A stretch of 64,000 nucleotides of DNA from Arenicellales bacterium (GTDB lineage Bacteria > Pseudomonadota > Gammaproteobacteria > Arenicellales > JAHEKD01): NCBI GenBank assembly GCA_028284225.1, contig JANQSD010000011.1, positions 196,333 to 260,332 of the forward strand, in the 5' to 3' direction. Numbering within the stretch: position 1 is the stretch's first letter; the number at the start of each line of letters is the position of its first letter. The notes beneath the pieces are model-generated. The model was not told the DNA's origin, ran no database searches, and saw only the letters and a program-made list of their open reading frames with translations. Positions 10,742-19,693 of the stretch are shown here, piece by piece. The translations under genes were made by a program, and so were the position numbers.

Positions 10742-10791
10742 CGCCATTCTCGCGCAGCCTGTCCCTGCGAAGGCGAAGAGCGGGAATCCAG
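10742..10791. repeat. Degenerate GTCATTCCCGCG..GCGGGAATCCAG-type (dRS3/REP-like) repeat
   Basis: CGCCATTCTCGCGCAG...GCGGGAATCCAG; related reverse-complement half at 47255-47289. Confidence 0.55.
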
Positions 10792-11055
10792 AAACCTAAA
10801 CAAAAACCCGACAGATAAATATACCCTGATCAAATGTAAAGTAGTGATACATATGCGCGTTTGTGAATCAACTAATCCTAAACAAACAACAATTTAAGTT
10901 AACTTTTTACCATCGACTTTTATTTTCATTGATAACTATATGACTTTAATATGAAACTAAAATAAATTGTCAAAATGTGGCAAATACCACATTTTTTCAT
11001 TAAAAATAGTTTAGAATTCCTGCTTTCATAAATATAAATGACAAGGGTTTTATTT

Positions 11056-14000
11056 ATGCGATTCACACATGGCATTTGGTCAGCATTTGTTTTTTTTATT
11101 TTCTTTTCTTTAAAAACGGCTTATGCAGAATATCCCGGTGTCACTCCGGGCAGTTTTTCAGTCAGTGATTCAGGGGCGGGGACCTATAGCATACCAATAT
11201 CAGTACCGGCTGGGGTGGCGGGCATGAGCCCGGAGTTAGCGGTTGGTTATAGCAGCCAGGGGGGAAATGGTTTGATGGGGGTGGGATTCGGGTTAAGCGG
11301 ATTTACCTCGATGATTCATCGCTGTGGCGGTTCACATGCCACCGATGGTAAAGCCACCGGTGTGCGTTACACCACAGCGGATAAGTTATGTCTGGACAGC
11401 CAGCGTCTGATTCTTTCCAGCGGCACACATTGGGCTAACGGTGCGGTATACCGCACAGAGCTGGATTCATTCGCTAAGATTGTCTATACCCAAACGGGTA
11501 GTACAACCCGTTACTTTACGGTTTATTCACGTGACGGTGAACGGCGCGTTTACGGCTGGAAATCAGCGGTGCCGAATAACGGTAACACAGTGAATTTGCG
11601 CTGGTATTTAAGCTCAGAGCATGATCGTTCAGGCAATATCATTCGGTATTATTATCAACATCTTGCTGGTGAGACCTGGCTGCCTAAGGAAGTGTTGTGG
11701 ACGGGCCGGGGATCGGATCTGGGTAATCGTAAAGCGGTGTTTGAATATCGAGTGCGGGCGGATAAACGGATTTATTATGATTATGGTTATAAGCGCGAGA
11801 GCAAGCACTTATTGCACCGTATTAAAACCTACATCGACAATAATTTGGTGAAGGAATACCGTTTTGCCTATGAGACTTCACCTATCAGTGGTGTATCGCG
11901 GCTTACCGATATTCAGCAATGTGGTTTTAGTGGTAATTGCCTGTCGCGTCATGAATTGAACTGGCGCAATAGCGGTAAAGGGTTTGAAGCCAGTAATCAA
12001 AGTTATGAACTGCCGGTGCCGATCTATGACTACCAGTCTTTGCGTGATAGTCAAAATCCGAATAAGAACGCGGAGCTGATGCGCGGTGATTTTGTCGATG
12101 CTAATAGTGACGGGTATGTGGATTTCATCGAATCCTTTAAGGATTCCAACGGCAGTGTGACCAACCGCATTTGGCGTAATACCGGCTCAGGGTGGAGCAA
12201 TACGGGTAGATCTGTGCCGATCATTATGCGCGATTACCGCACTAGCCGAGGCCATGCGCCGTTAGGTGAAGAAATCACCCGAGGGGCATATGCGGATGTC
12301 AATGGTGATGGTTATATCGACATTATCAAATCCGTTAAAGTGAATGGTGATCAACCGGCAGAAGTGTGGATTAATGATCGAACCGGGTTCAACTGGGTGA
12401 AGTCCACGACGTTTGTACCGCCGTCCTTTATGCGTGATTATTCCTGGGGAAGTTGGGTCGATCCGGGGCCACCGACATCCTGCCAAGTGACTGGTGGAAT
12501 GAACAAAGCCACTTTGATTGATGTCAATGGTGATGGCTTACCGGATTGGGTCCGTTCATATATCCGTCCTGACGGAGCTTCGATTCGTAATACCTGGGTT
12601 AATAACGGTTCACGCTGGGTGCATAACACGAGTTATCAATTACCCGCAGCGGCGATTATTGATGACTTTAAGCGCAGCAACGGGGTGTGTTATTCGCTGC
12701 CTAAAACCGAACTCATTGATATCAATGGCGATGGATTAGTAGATTTAATACAATCATTATTGTGGCAGGGCGGTACTCATCGCAATGTCTGGCTGAACAC
12801 CGGCAGCGGTTGGCAGAGTGCGAATCATTATAATCTGCCGGACTATATAACTGATCACACCCGATTCAGTGATAGTAGTCCACTTCGCCGGGGTATTTTT
12901 CTCGATGTCAATGGTGATGGGCTGGTGGATTGGGTGAAATCCTATATCGATCCCCAAAACCAGCAGTTATATCGGGACACTTGGTTAAACACCGGTCGCA
13001 GCTTCGTCAAGGATACGGGTTATCAGTTAAAGGGTTGGGGACTGCGTGTTTACTATGGTGACGGTCAGCATGTGCCTACCAGTACCTTTATCGATGTGAA
13101 TAACGATGGTTTGGTGGATAGAGTAGTGGCCTATATCAATGGGGCAGGGACAGCACATAAGTACACGTATCTGAACACGGGTAGTGGCTGGCGCCGCGAT
13201 GATGCGTATAACCTGCGTGGTTGGTTATATAACATGAATTCGAACCTGCAGAACCTGCCGATGCATTATGGTCAACTGTTGGACATTAATGCAGACGGGG
13301 CGGTGGATAACATGATGGCGGTTAAGAACCGTCATGGCGTCATCACGAACGAGGCCTACTTTGGCCGCACCAAACCGGCAGACTTGCTGATTAAAGTCAT
13401 TGATAGTCTGGATGCCGAAACCACGATTAGCTATAAATCGATGATGGATAGGTCGGTCTATAATTTTTTCCCGGCCTGGTCACCAACCCCCTCATTTAGA
13501 AGTCGCAAGGTGATAGGCCCAATGCAGGTGGTGGCCAATACCTGGCACAGTAATGGCGTGGGCGGGGATTATCGATTGCAGTATTTTTATTACAATGCCA
13601 CTAATGATGGCAAACGGGGTTTTCAGGGGTTTTTGCAACGACGGGTATGGGACCCCCAAAATGACGTATTAACGGTTAAAAACTTCTACCAGCAATTTCC
13701 GGCGACAGGCATAACCAAACAGCAATATGCGTATCATGCTGAGGCCATTACCCCTACCGGTGGGCCGGACACCACCCAATCGTATCAACTGCTCAGTAAT
13801 CAGTTTAATTTTATCAGACGTAAAAACTCGTTGACCGAGCAAGGGGATGTATGGAATGTTGATGGGGTCAGCCATGCCAGTGGCAAGACGACCTATGCGC
13901 CGCGTATCCGCCGTAGTCGCAGTTTGGAATACGAACTGGGCCAATCCGGTGTGATTCGTTCAACCTGGACCGAGAGCGGGTATGATGGATTTAGTAACCC

Positions 14001-17000
14001 GACTACCATTCGGTCAGTGGTGGTGTCAGGAGCTGGACCAAGTGCATATGAATCTATAGATTTAAGTGCGAATTTTTATACCTATACCCAGACCACTTAT
14101 CAAAATGATACGGCCAACTGGTTAATTGGGATGCCGACCCAAGTCAAAGTGACTCATCATGTGCCGGGCAAGCCGAATCAAATCCGTGAAACCCATACAC
14201 AATACAATGCTCAGGGGTTACCCAGGACCATCATTGTTGAGCCGAATCGGCCGGAGTTTAAGTTAACCACACAGCATACCTATGACGGATTTGGTAATGT
14301 GGTCGGCACGACACTGAGTGGTCAGGGGATAGACTCACGTACCGGCACCATGAGTTACGATGCCCGTGGTTTACATGCAGTGGGCGAAACTAATGCTCTA
14401 GGGCATAGTATGAGTGTGGCATACCATAGTCGCTGTGATGCACCGGTTACAATCACCGAAGCGAATGGTCTGGTTACCGATACTGTTTATGATCAATTCT
14501 GTCGGGCTATACGTGTCGATCATCCGGATGGGACCTGGGCCACGACTGCGTATGGATTTACACCGCTTAGAACGATTCATCGTGCCTCTAATCAACCGGA
14601 CGTGACCACATATTACGATGCGTTGGGTCGGGATATAAAGGTTGAAACTCAAGGGTTTGATGGGCGGACAGTAATCACCGAAAAGCGTTATAACAACAAA
14701 GGTCAGATCACTCAGGAATCCCAACCGTATTATGAAGGTGAATACGTCTATTGGACCCGCTATTACTATGATGCTATTGGTCGATTAATCCGTACCCGTG
14801 CGGCAGACACCTCGGAATCCACAGTTGAGTACAACGGGTTGACCACAATAATGACTAATGCCCTAAATCAAACACAGACCCGGGTTAACGATGTGGTCGG
14901 GCGCTTGCAGCAAGTGGTAGATGATCAGAACAATGTGCTCAGTTATGACTACGACGCCGTGGGTAATTTGCTCCATACCACCGATCCGCAAGGTAATCAG
15001 ATCAGAATGGGCTATGACCATGCCGGGCGTAAAATATGGATGGATGATCCGGACATGGGAGTTTGGACCTATCAGTATAACGTGTTGGGAGAGCTTATCC
15101 AGCAAAAAGACGCTAAGGATCAAATCATTACCACCGAGTATGACAAACTGGGGAGACTAACAAAACGAACCGTCCAGCCCGGGACAGTGGATGAACAAGT
15201 CAGTACTTGGGCTTATGATACCGCAGCGAATGGTATAGGGCGATTGGATCAAACCCACGGGCCAAATGGCTATGTGCGTGAGCACCGTTATGACAGTTTA
15301 AGCCGCCCCAGTTATACTTTTGAAACCATTGACGGCATTCGCATGACCAGTTATCTGCGCTACGATACAAGCGGCAGGCTTGCGGAAGTTCGCTATCCAG
15401 GGCGTAACATTAATGGCTTTCCGGGTAAATTAGACCGAATTCATTACGAATACAATAATCTGGGCTATCTCTCACGTATTTATAATGTGACATCACAAAC
15501 TAATCAGACTGGTAATGAGGATTTGTGGGTATTGCAGGCGATGGATGCCAAGGGCAATGCGACACAGGAGTATTACGGAAATGGGGTCAATATCAATCGT
15601 TCATACCATGTGGTGCGTAACTTTGTAACCAGTATCCAAAGTAACCTTGGGGCAACGCCGATTCAGGACTTAAGTTACTGGATGGACTATGTGGGGAATT
15701 TAACCTCCAGACGAGATCATCTTCAAAATACCAGTGAAATCTTTGGGTATGACAATTTAAATCGGTTGACACAAAGCCGCACGACCGTACCGGACCCAAC
15801 AGCCACCTCTGGAGAAGTAACCACCCGTGTAAATTATGACTATGATGTACTCGGTAACCTGACCTATCGCTCCGATGTGGGGACCATGAATTACGGTGAG
15901 AACGGTTATGGCCCCCATGCCATCACCTCTATTCAGCAGAATAGCACCGTTAACGTCGCTGAAAATGTCTTCAATCCTTATGGTAACTACAACTACGATG
16001 CCAATGGTAATTTAACTAACAACGGTCAGCGCACAGTGGATTGGACCGCGTTTAATAAACCTAAACAGATGGCCGCCATGATTAACGGCCAAGCCCGAGG
16101 GGTAAGCTATACCTACGGCTCAGATTTTCAGCGCATTACCAAGACAACATTGTCGGGTAAGACCACCCGTTACTATGGCGGCGGGAGTATGGAGCACATC
16201 GCGGATGGCACTGATATTTACTGGAAGTACTATATTCCGGTCGGGGCGGCCACGCTAGAGATTAACTACCAGCAAACAGGCAGTGTGCATCCGGATAATT
16301 TCACTCAGGTTGAAAAGCAGTATTTATTCAAAGATCACTTAGGTTCCACCGATGTAATTGTCGATAACGATGGCAATATTGTGGAGCGCTTGAGTTTTAA
16401 CCCATGGGGTGAACGCCGTGATGCGGATTGGACCGAAGCTGATGGTGAGATCAGCAGTTCTACTAATCGCGGCTTTACCGGTCATGAGATGGACGATGAG
16501 ATCGGTCTGGTGAACATGAATGCGCGGATTTATGATCCGGTCATAGGGCGGTTTTTAAGTCCGGACTCGATCATCCCCAGTGCAACAGACTTGCAGGCGT
16601 TTAATCGCTATTCTTATGTCAGAAATAATCCACTTAGCTTTACCGATCCAAGTGGGTTTGAGCGAATTCGAGTGCCTGGTAGGGGAAGTTATTATTACGA
16701 TACTGATAGTGGAAAATATTACGAAAGAACCACTACAGTTACACATGGTTGCGAGCCTAATTGTGAAAAAGGAGATCGTTGGGGATCTGGTACAACTATC
16801 ACAACCACTGATACTGAAATAACTGACCCTGGATTAATCAACCATTTAAATAATCGTATAGGTGTTGTTAATGATGTCCTTCAAAGCGATGGACGTTTAT
16901 CACGCGGAAATGTTAAACATGTTCGTGACCAGGCCTTAGCCGATGCCAGGGCAGCGATTGGTTGTTTGACATGCAGCGCAAAATTTTTAAATCAACTTCG

Positions 17001-17844
17001 AATGCAAGGTAAACAATCGGCAGCATTCAATGCGGCGATGGATCGGTACGCAGCAGCCAATGAAGTTTATTTGGAGTTAAAAAGTCAGGCGAGAAAGAGA
17101 TACAGAAAAATTGGGTTTGATATCGTCGTCACAGCAGTAGGTGCTATAACTGGAGTACCGCCCGGTGTAACGTCACAAATGTTGGCACTTTCAAATGGTG
17201 CTGGTCTGGATGATTTATTGAAAGGTTGGGCCATAAATATCGTAACACAAGGGTTGTTTGATACATTTGGTATAAATCCGAAGACACTATTAAGCGTAGA
17301 TACATTAAAAGCAATTGGTGTGCATGGTGCGATTGGTTGTTTAAGGAGCAAAGCTGGTGGTGGCAGTTGTTCAAAAGGCGCAGCGGCGGCAGCTGGTAGC
17401 AAATTAATTACAGTTGGCTATGGACCAGGGCATAGTCCGGGCAAGTTACTTGCTACAATAGCAGTTGGTGGTGCAATTAATGGTCTTGAGGGGGCAACGA
17501 ATGCGGCTTTTGGATATTTATATAATTTCTGCGACGGAGGTAAGAATTGTAATACTCAACATGATCAAAACAATTTCGATGGTTTTGCCTCAGAGAACGA
17601 TGCGTATCATTTTGGTGAATTTGCACCTTTGTCAGCGTTAGCAGGATTTTACTTCGATATTCTTTCATTGATGGGATGTAATTTTGTATGTGGTGTTGGA
17701 TCTTTCGGAGCTGGGGTTATGGCTGGGGATGTTACTGGTGCTACGACGGGTGCTGTTACTCAAGCCTTATCGCAGCACTTCTTCAAAATTCCAGCTGGAG
17801 CATCAAATAGTATAGGTGGGTTTACTTCGATAATGTCAAATTAA
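11056..17844 (+). CDS. Secreted RHS/YD-repeat polymorphic toxin: signal peptide, SpvB-like N-terminus, seven FG-GAP/VCBS-like repeats, YD repeats, RHS core, variable C-terminus
   Basis: Hydrophobic leader ending AYA; G.FSVSDSGAGTYSIPI..P.GVAGMSP...YSSQ.GNG; 7x D.N.DG..D; YDxxGR repeats; KDHLGST, RGFTGHE, MNARIYDP.IGRFLSPD, NRYSYVRNNPLSFTDPSG. An alternative start exists at 11038. Confidence 0.92.
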   Translation: MRFTHGIWSAFVFFIFFSLKTAYAEYPGVTPGSFSVSDSGAGTYSIPISVPAGVAGMSPELAVGYSSQGGNGLMGVGFGLSGFTSMIHRCGGSHATDGKATGVRYTTADKLCLDSQRLILSSGTHWANGAVYRTELDSFAKIVYTQTGSTTRYFTVYSRDGERRVYGWKSAVPNNGNTVNLRWYLSSEHDRSGNIIRYYYQHLAGETWLPKEVLWTGRGSDLGNRKAVFEYRVRADKRIYYDYGYKRESKHLLHRIKTYIDNNLVKEYRFAYETSPISGVSRLTDIQQCGFSGNCLSRHELNWRNSGKGFEASNQSYELPVPIYDYQSLRDSQNPNKNAELMRGDFVDANSDGYVDFIESFKDSNGSVTNRIWRNTGSGWSNTGRSVPIIMRDYRTSRGHAPLGEEITRGAYADVNGDGYIDIIKSVKVNGDQPAEVWINDRTGFNWVKSTTFVPPSFMRDYSWGSWVDPGPPTSCQVTGGMNKATLIDVNGDGLPDWVRSYIRPDGASIRNTWVNNGSRWVHNTSYQLPAAAIIDDFKRSNGVCYSLPKTELIDINGDGLVDLIQSLLWQGGTHRNVWLNTGSGWQSANHYNLPDYITDHTRFSDSSPLRRGIFLDVNGDGLVDWVKSYIDPQNQQLYRDTWLNTGRSFVKDTGYQLKGWGLRVYYGDGQHVPTSTFIDVNNDGLVDRVVAYINGAGTAHKYTYLNTGSGWRRDDAYNLRGWLYNMNSNLQNLPMHYGQLLDINADGAVDNMMAVKNRHGVITNEAYFGRTKPADLLIKVIDSLDAETTISYKSMMDRSVYNFFPAWSPTPSFRSRKVIGPMQVVANTWHSNGVGGDYRLQYFYYNATNDGKRGFQGFLQRRVWDPQNDVLTVKNFYQQFPATGITKQQYAYHAEAITPTGGPDTTQSYQLLSNQFNFIRRKNSLTEQGDVWNVDGVSHASGKTTYAPRIRRSRSLEYELGQSGVIRSTWTESGYDGFSNPTTIRSVVVSGAGPSAYESIDLSANFYTYTQTTYQNDTANWLIGMPTQVKVTHHVPGKPNQIRETHTQYNAQGLPRTIIVEPNRPEFKLTTQHTYDGFGNVVGTTLSGQGIDSRTGTMSYDARGLHAVGETNALGHSMSVAYHSRCDAPVTITEANGLVTDTVYDQFCRAIRVDHPDGTWATTAYGFTPLRTIHRASNQPDVTTYYDALGRDIKVETQGFDGRTVITEKRYNNKGQITQESQPYYEGEYVYWTRYYYDAIGRLIRTRAADTSESTVEYNGLTTIMTNALNQTQTRVNDVVGRLQQVVDDQNNVLSYDYDAVGNLLHTTDPQGNQIRMGYDHAGRKIWMDDPDMGVWTYQYNVLGELIQQKDAKDQIITTEYDKLGRLTKRTVQPGTVDEQVSTWAYDTAANGIGRLDQTHGPNGYVREHRYDSLSRPSYTFETIDGIRMTSYLRYDTSGRLAEVRYPGRNINGFPGKLDRIHYEYNNLGYLSRIYNVTSQTNQTGNEDLWVLQAMDAKGNATQEYYGNGVNINRSYHVVRNFVTSIQSNLGATPIQDLSYWMDYVGNLTSRRDHLQNTSEIFGYDNLNRLTQSRTTVPDPTATSGEVTTRVNYDYDVLGNLTYRSDVGTMNYGENGYGPHAITSIQQNSTVNVAENVFNPYGNYNYDANGNLTNNGQRTVDWTAFNKPKQMAAMINGQARGVSYTYGSDFQRITKTTLSGKTTRYYGGGSMEHIADGTDIYWKYYIPVGAATLEINYQQTGSVHPDNFTQVEKQYLFKDHLGSTDVIVDNDGNIVERLSFNPWGERRDADWTEADGEISSSTNRGFTGHEMDDEIGLVNMNARIYDPVIGRFLSPDSIIPSATDLQAFNRYSYVRNNPLSFTDPSGFERIRVPGRGSYYYDTDSGKYYERTTTVTHGCEPNCEKGDRWGSGTTITTTDTEITDPGLINHLNNRIGVVNDVLQSDGRLSRGNVKHVRDQALADARAAIGCLTCSAKFLNQLRMQGKQSAAFNAAMDRYAAANEVYLELKSQARKRYRKIGFDIVVTAVGAITGVPPGVTSQMLALSNGAGLDDLLKGWAINIVTQGLFDTFGINPKTLLSVDTLKAIGVHGAIGCLRSKAGGGSCSKGAAAAAGSKLITVGYGPGHSPGKLLATIAVGGAINGLEGATNAAFGYLYNFCDGGKNCNTQHDQNNFDGFASENDAYHFGEFAPLSALAGFYFDILSLMGCNFVCGVGSFGAGVMAGDVTGATTGAVTQALSQHFFKIPAGASNSIGGFTSIMSN

Positions 17845-18463
17845 CCTGAGACCAGATAAATAATTTTAATAAAAATAAGCACCTGCAAGATAATTGAGAT
17901 AAATTACCTCATGAATTGACTTATCTAGCTGGTGCTTTTATGAATTTAGTCGAATTATTCTGTGATGTCGATATGTGTGTCAATCTATGGTCGATGTATT
18001 TCCGGGGCTGATCAGTTATATTCGTTTTGGTGAACGCATGATTACGATGACCGTATTGTTATGTGCGTACCTGACTCAACACTATGGTTAACCCACCGGA
18101 ATCGTCTTTATTGATTCCACCTCAATATATGTTTGCCATAATCTGCGTATTGACGCAACATTACACTCACAGAACCTTCGATTAATAACTACCATTCGAA
18201 AGAATATGAAACCACAACTGATGAGTTTATTTGATCGATTAATGTTACAAAAACGATTTGTGATTGAAACTATCTTCGATCAACTGAAGAATATTTCACA
18301 AATTGAATATACTCGGCATTGCAATGTCAAAAATTTCATTGTTAATCTGATTGTTGGGTTGGTCGCCTGCACACATCAACCGGTTAAACCTGCCATTAAA
18401 CTCTCTACCCATGAACGTAGGACTCTGGCTACAATAATCCAATCTGTTTCTCCGAAATCAGGT
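17844..18463 (+). mobile_element. Internally deleted IS982-family insertion sequence
   Basis: Ends ACCTGAG.../...TCTCCGAAATCAGGT, flanked by direct repeat CAAATTA (17837-17843 and 18464-18470); transposase fragments inside. Confidence 0.85.
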
Positions 18464-18487
18464 CAAATTAAGTGCTTTATATTATAA
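17940..18487 (+). pseudogene. IS982-family transposase pseudogene
   Basis: Fragments in different frames: MNLVELFCDVD, PGLISYIRF, TGIVFIDSTS, VCHNLRI, and KRFVIETIFDQLKNISQIEYTRH...NLIVGLVA..HQPVKP. Confidence 0.85.
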
Positions 18488-18584
18488 TAAACTACACCGC
18501 AGTAAACTGGTGGGGTATTGAGTTCGAAATGTTTGATAATTCGTAGCAACAAGCTACGGAGAATTAGACCCTAAGAGATTAAAA

Positions 18585-18890
18585 ATGAAGAGTTCTAGGT
18601 ATAGTAAAGTTTTTATCGTTATTGCTTTATTACTATTTCCTTTGATTTTTTCGATAGGAAATATGAAAGTTAATACTTCATCGTTTTTTATTCTATTGGT
18701 ATTTTATCATCTTGGCATATGGAATTATTATGCGTATTTCCATAATAAAACTATGTATTTATTTCGGGGTTCATCATCACCCGATGATAAAACTGAGACG
18801 AGAAGATTAGCATTTTGGATTAATTTTTTCGTTATGTTTATATGTTTGTTCGAATTGTATTTCGCGAGGACAATGAAATATTTTCTCTAA
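18585..18890 (+). CDS. Small AT-rich membrane protein, candidate immunity protein of the RHS toxin
   Basis: 101 aa, about three hydrophobic helices, first gene after the toxin once the IS is removed. Confidence 0.6.
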   Translation: MKSSRYSKVFIVIALLLFPLIFSIGNMKVNTSSFFILLVFYHLGIWNYYAYFHNKTMYLFRGSSSPDDKTETRRLAFWINFFVMFICLFELYFARTMKYFL

Positions 18891-18939
18891 GGTGTGGGAA
18901 ATAGCGGGAATAAATAGCAGAAATGGGGTCGGCGATAAT

Positions 18940-18954
18940 TGAGAATGATTCCCA
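18940..18954. promoter_or_regulatory. Possible Fur-type box
   Basis: TGAGAAT-G-ATTCCCA resembles the 7-1-7 TGATAAT-N-ATTATCA motif, ~100 bp upstream of the 19058 gene. Confidence 0.25.
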
Positions 18955-19057
18955 AATAAATGGGGATATCTATTAAAAGACAGACAGATTAAGGCTAGTA
19001 AGGTGGCTCGACATAATGAAATATTACTATAAAAATCATCCCAATAAATTGGTTTAA

Positions 19058-19597
19058 ATGCAGGAATCTTTTCTATTAACTCACCATCATATCAACCAGG
19101 TTAAGCACCTTCATGGTTGGACATGGTTGATTGCAGTATCGATAGAATTATTTTTACTGTTCATTTATATCAGTTATCCAGCAATTCGATCAGTGATGGT
19201 GATTCCGCTTTTGTTTGGTGGTTTATTTTTGCTTAAAAAAACCTATGATTATGCTCAATGGACGAAGCATGCAGCGTCTGACTCTGTCCTGATTGATTCG
19301 ATTGAGAATCGATTAACATATATTCATCTGGGTAAAAGCAAATCGTATTCACTGGCAGATATCGTTAGTATCAGGGCCTATAAGCATGGTAGCAAAGTAA
19401 AGAAATTAGCGGTTGTGTTTAGTGATACGACTCGACTAGATTTAACGGGTTTTGATAACCTGGACAAATTGTTAGTGGCTGTTAAAGCGAATACGCACTG
19501 GTATAAAAAGAATGATACTGCTGATGTGTTATTAGCTAATAATCATCAATCAGAAAAATCGAATGAACAGCATTTATTACCCAAGCCCTCTAAATAG
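19058..19597 (+). CDS. Hypothetical membrane protein (two TM helices plus a possible bacterial PH-like domain)
   Basis: Two N-terminal hydrophobic segments then beta-rich KSYSLADIVSI...LAVVFSD region. Confidence 0.6.
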   Translation: MQESFLLTHHHINQVKHLHGWTWLIAVSIELFLLFIYISYPAIRSVMVIPLLFGGLFLLKKTYDYAQWTKHAASDSVLIDSIENRLTYIHLGKSKSYSLADIVSIRAYKHGSKVKKLAVVFSDTTRLDLTGFDNLDKLLVAVKANTHWYKKNDTADVLLANNHQSEKSNEQHLLPKPSK

Positions 19598-19693
19598 AGG
19601 CTGCCTGAAAAATTAAAATTTAATTGATAATTATAAGGTTTACTAAACCTGGTCGTGATTTATAATAGGTAGCGCTGGGCAAGGTGCTAATGA

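Noticed and set aside
17527-17844. RHS toxin truncated by the IS insertion
   Set aside because: Reconstructing the empty site from the CAAATTA duplication still gives AAT TAA in frame, so the stop predates the insertion.
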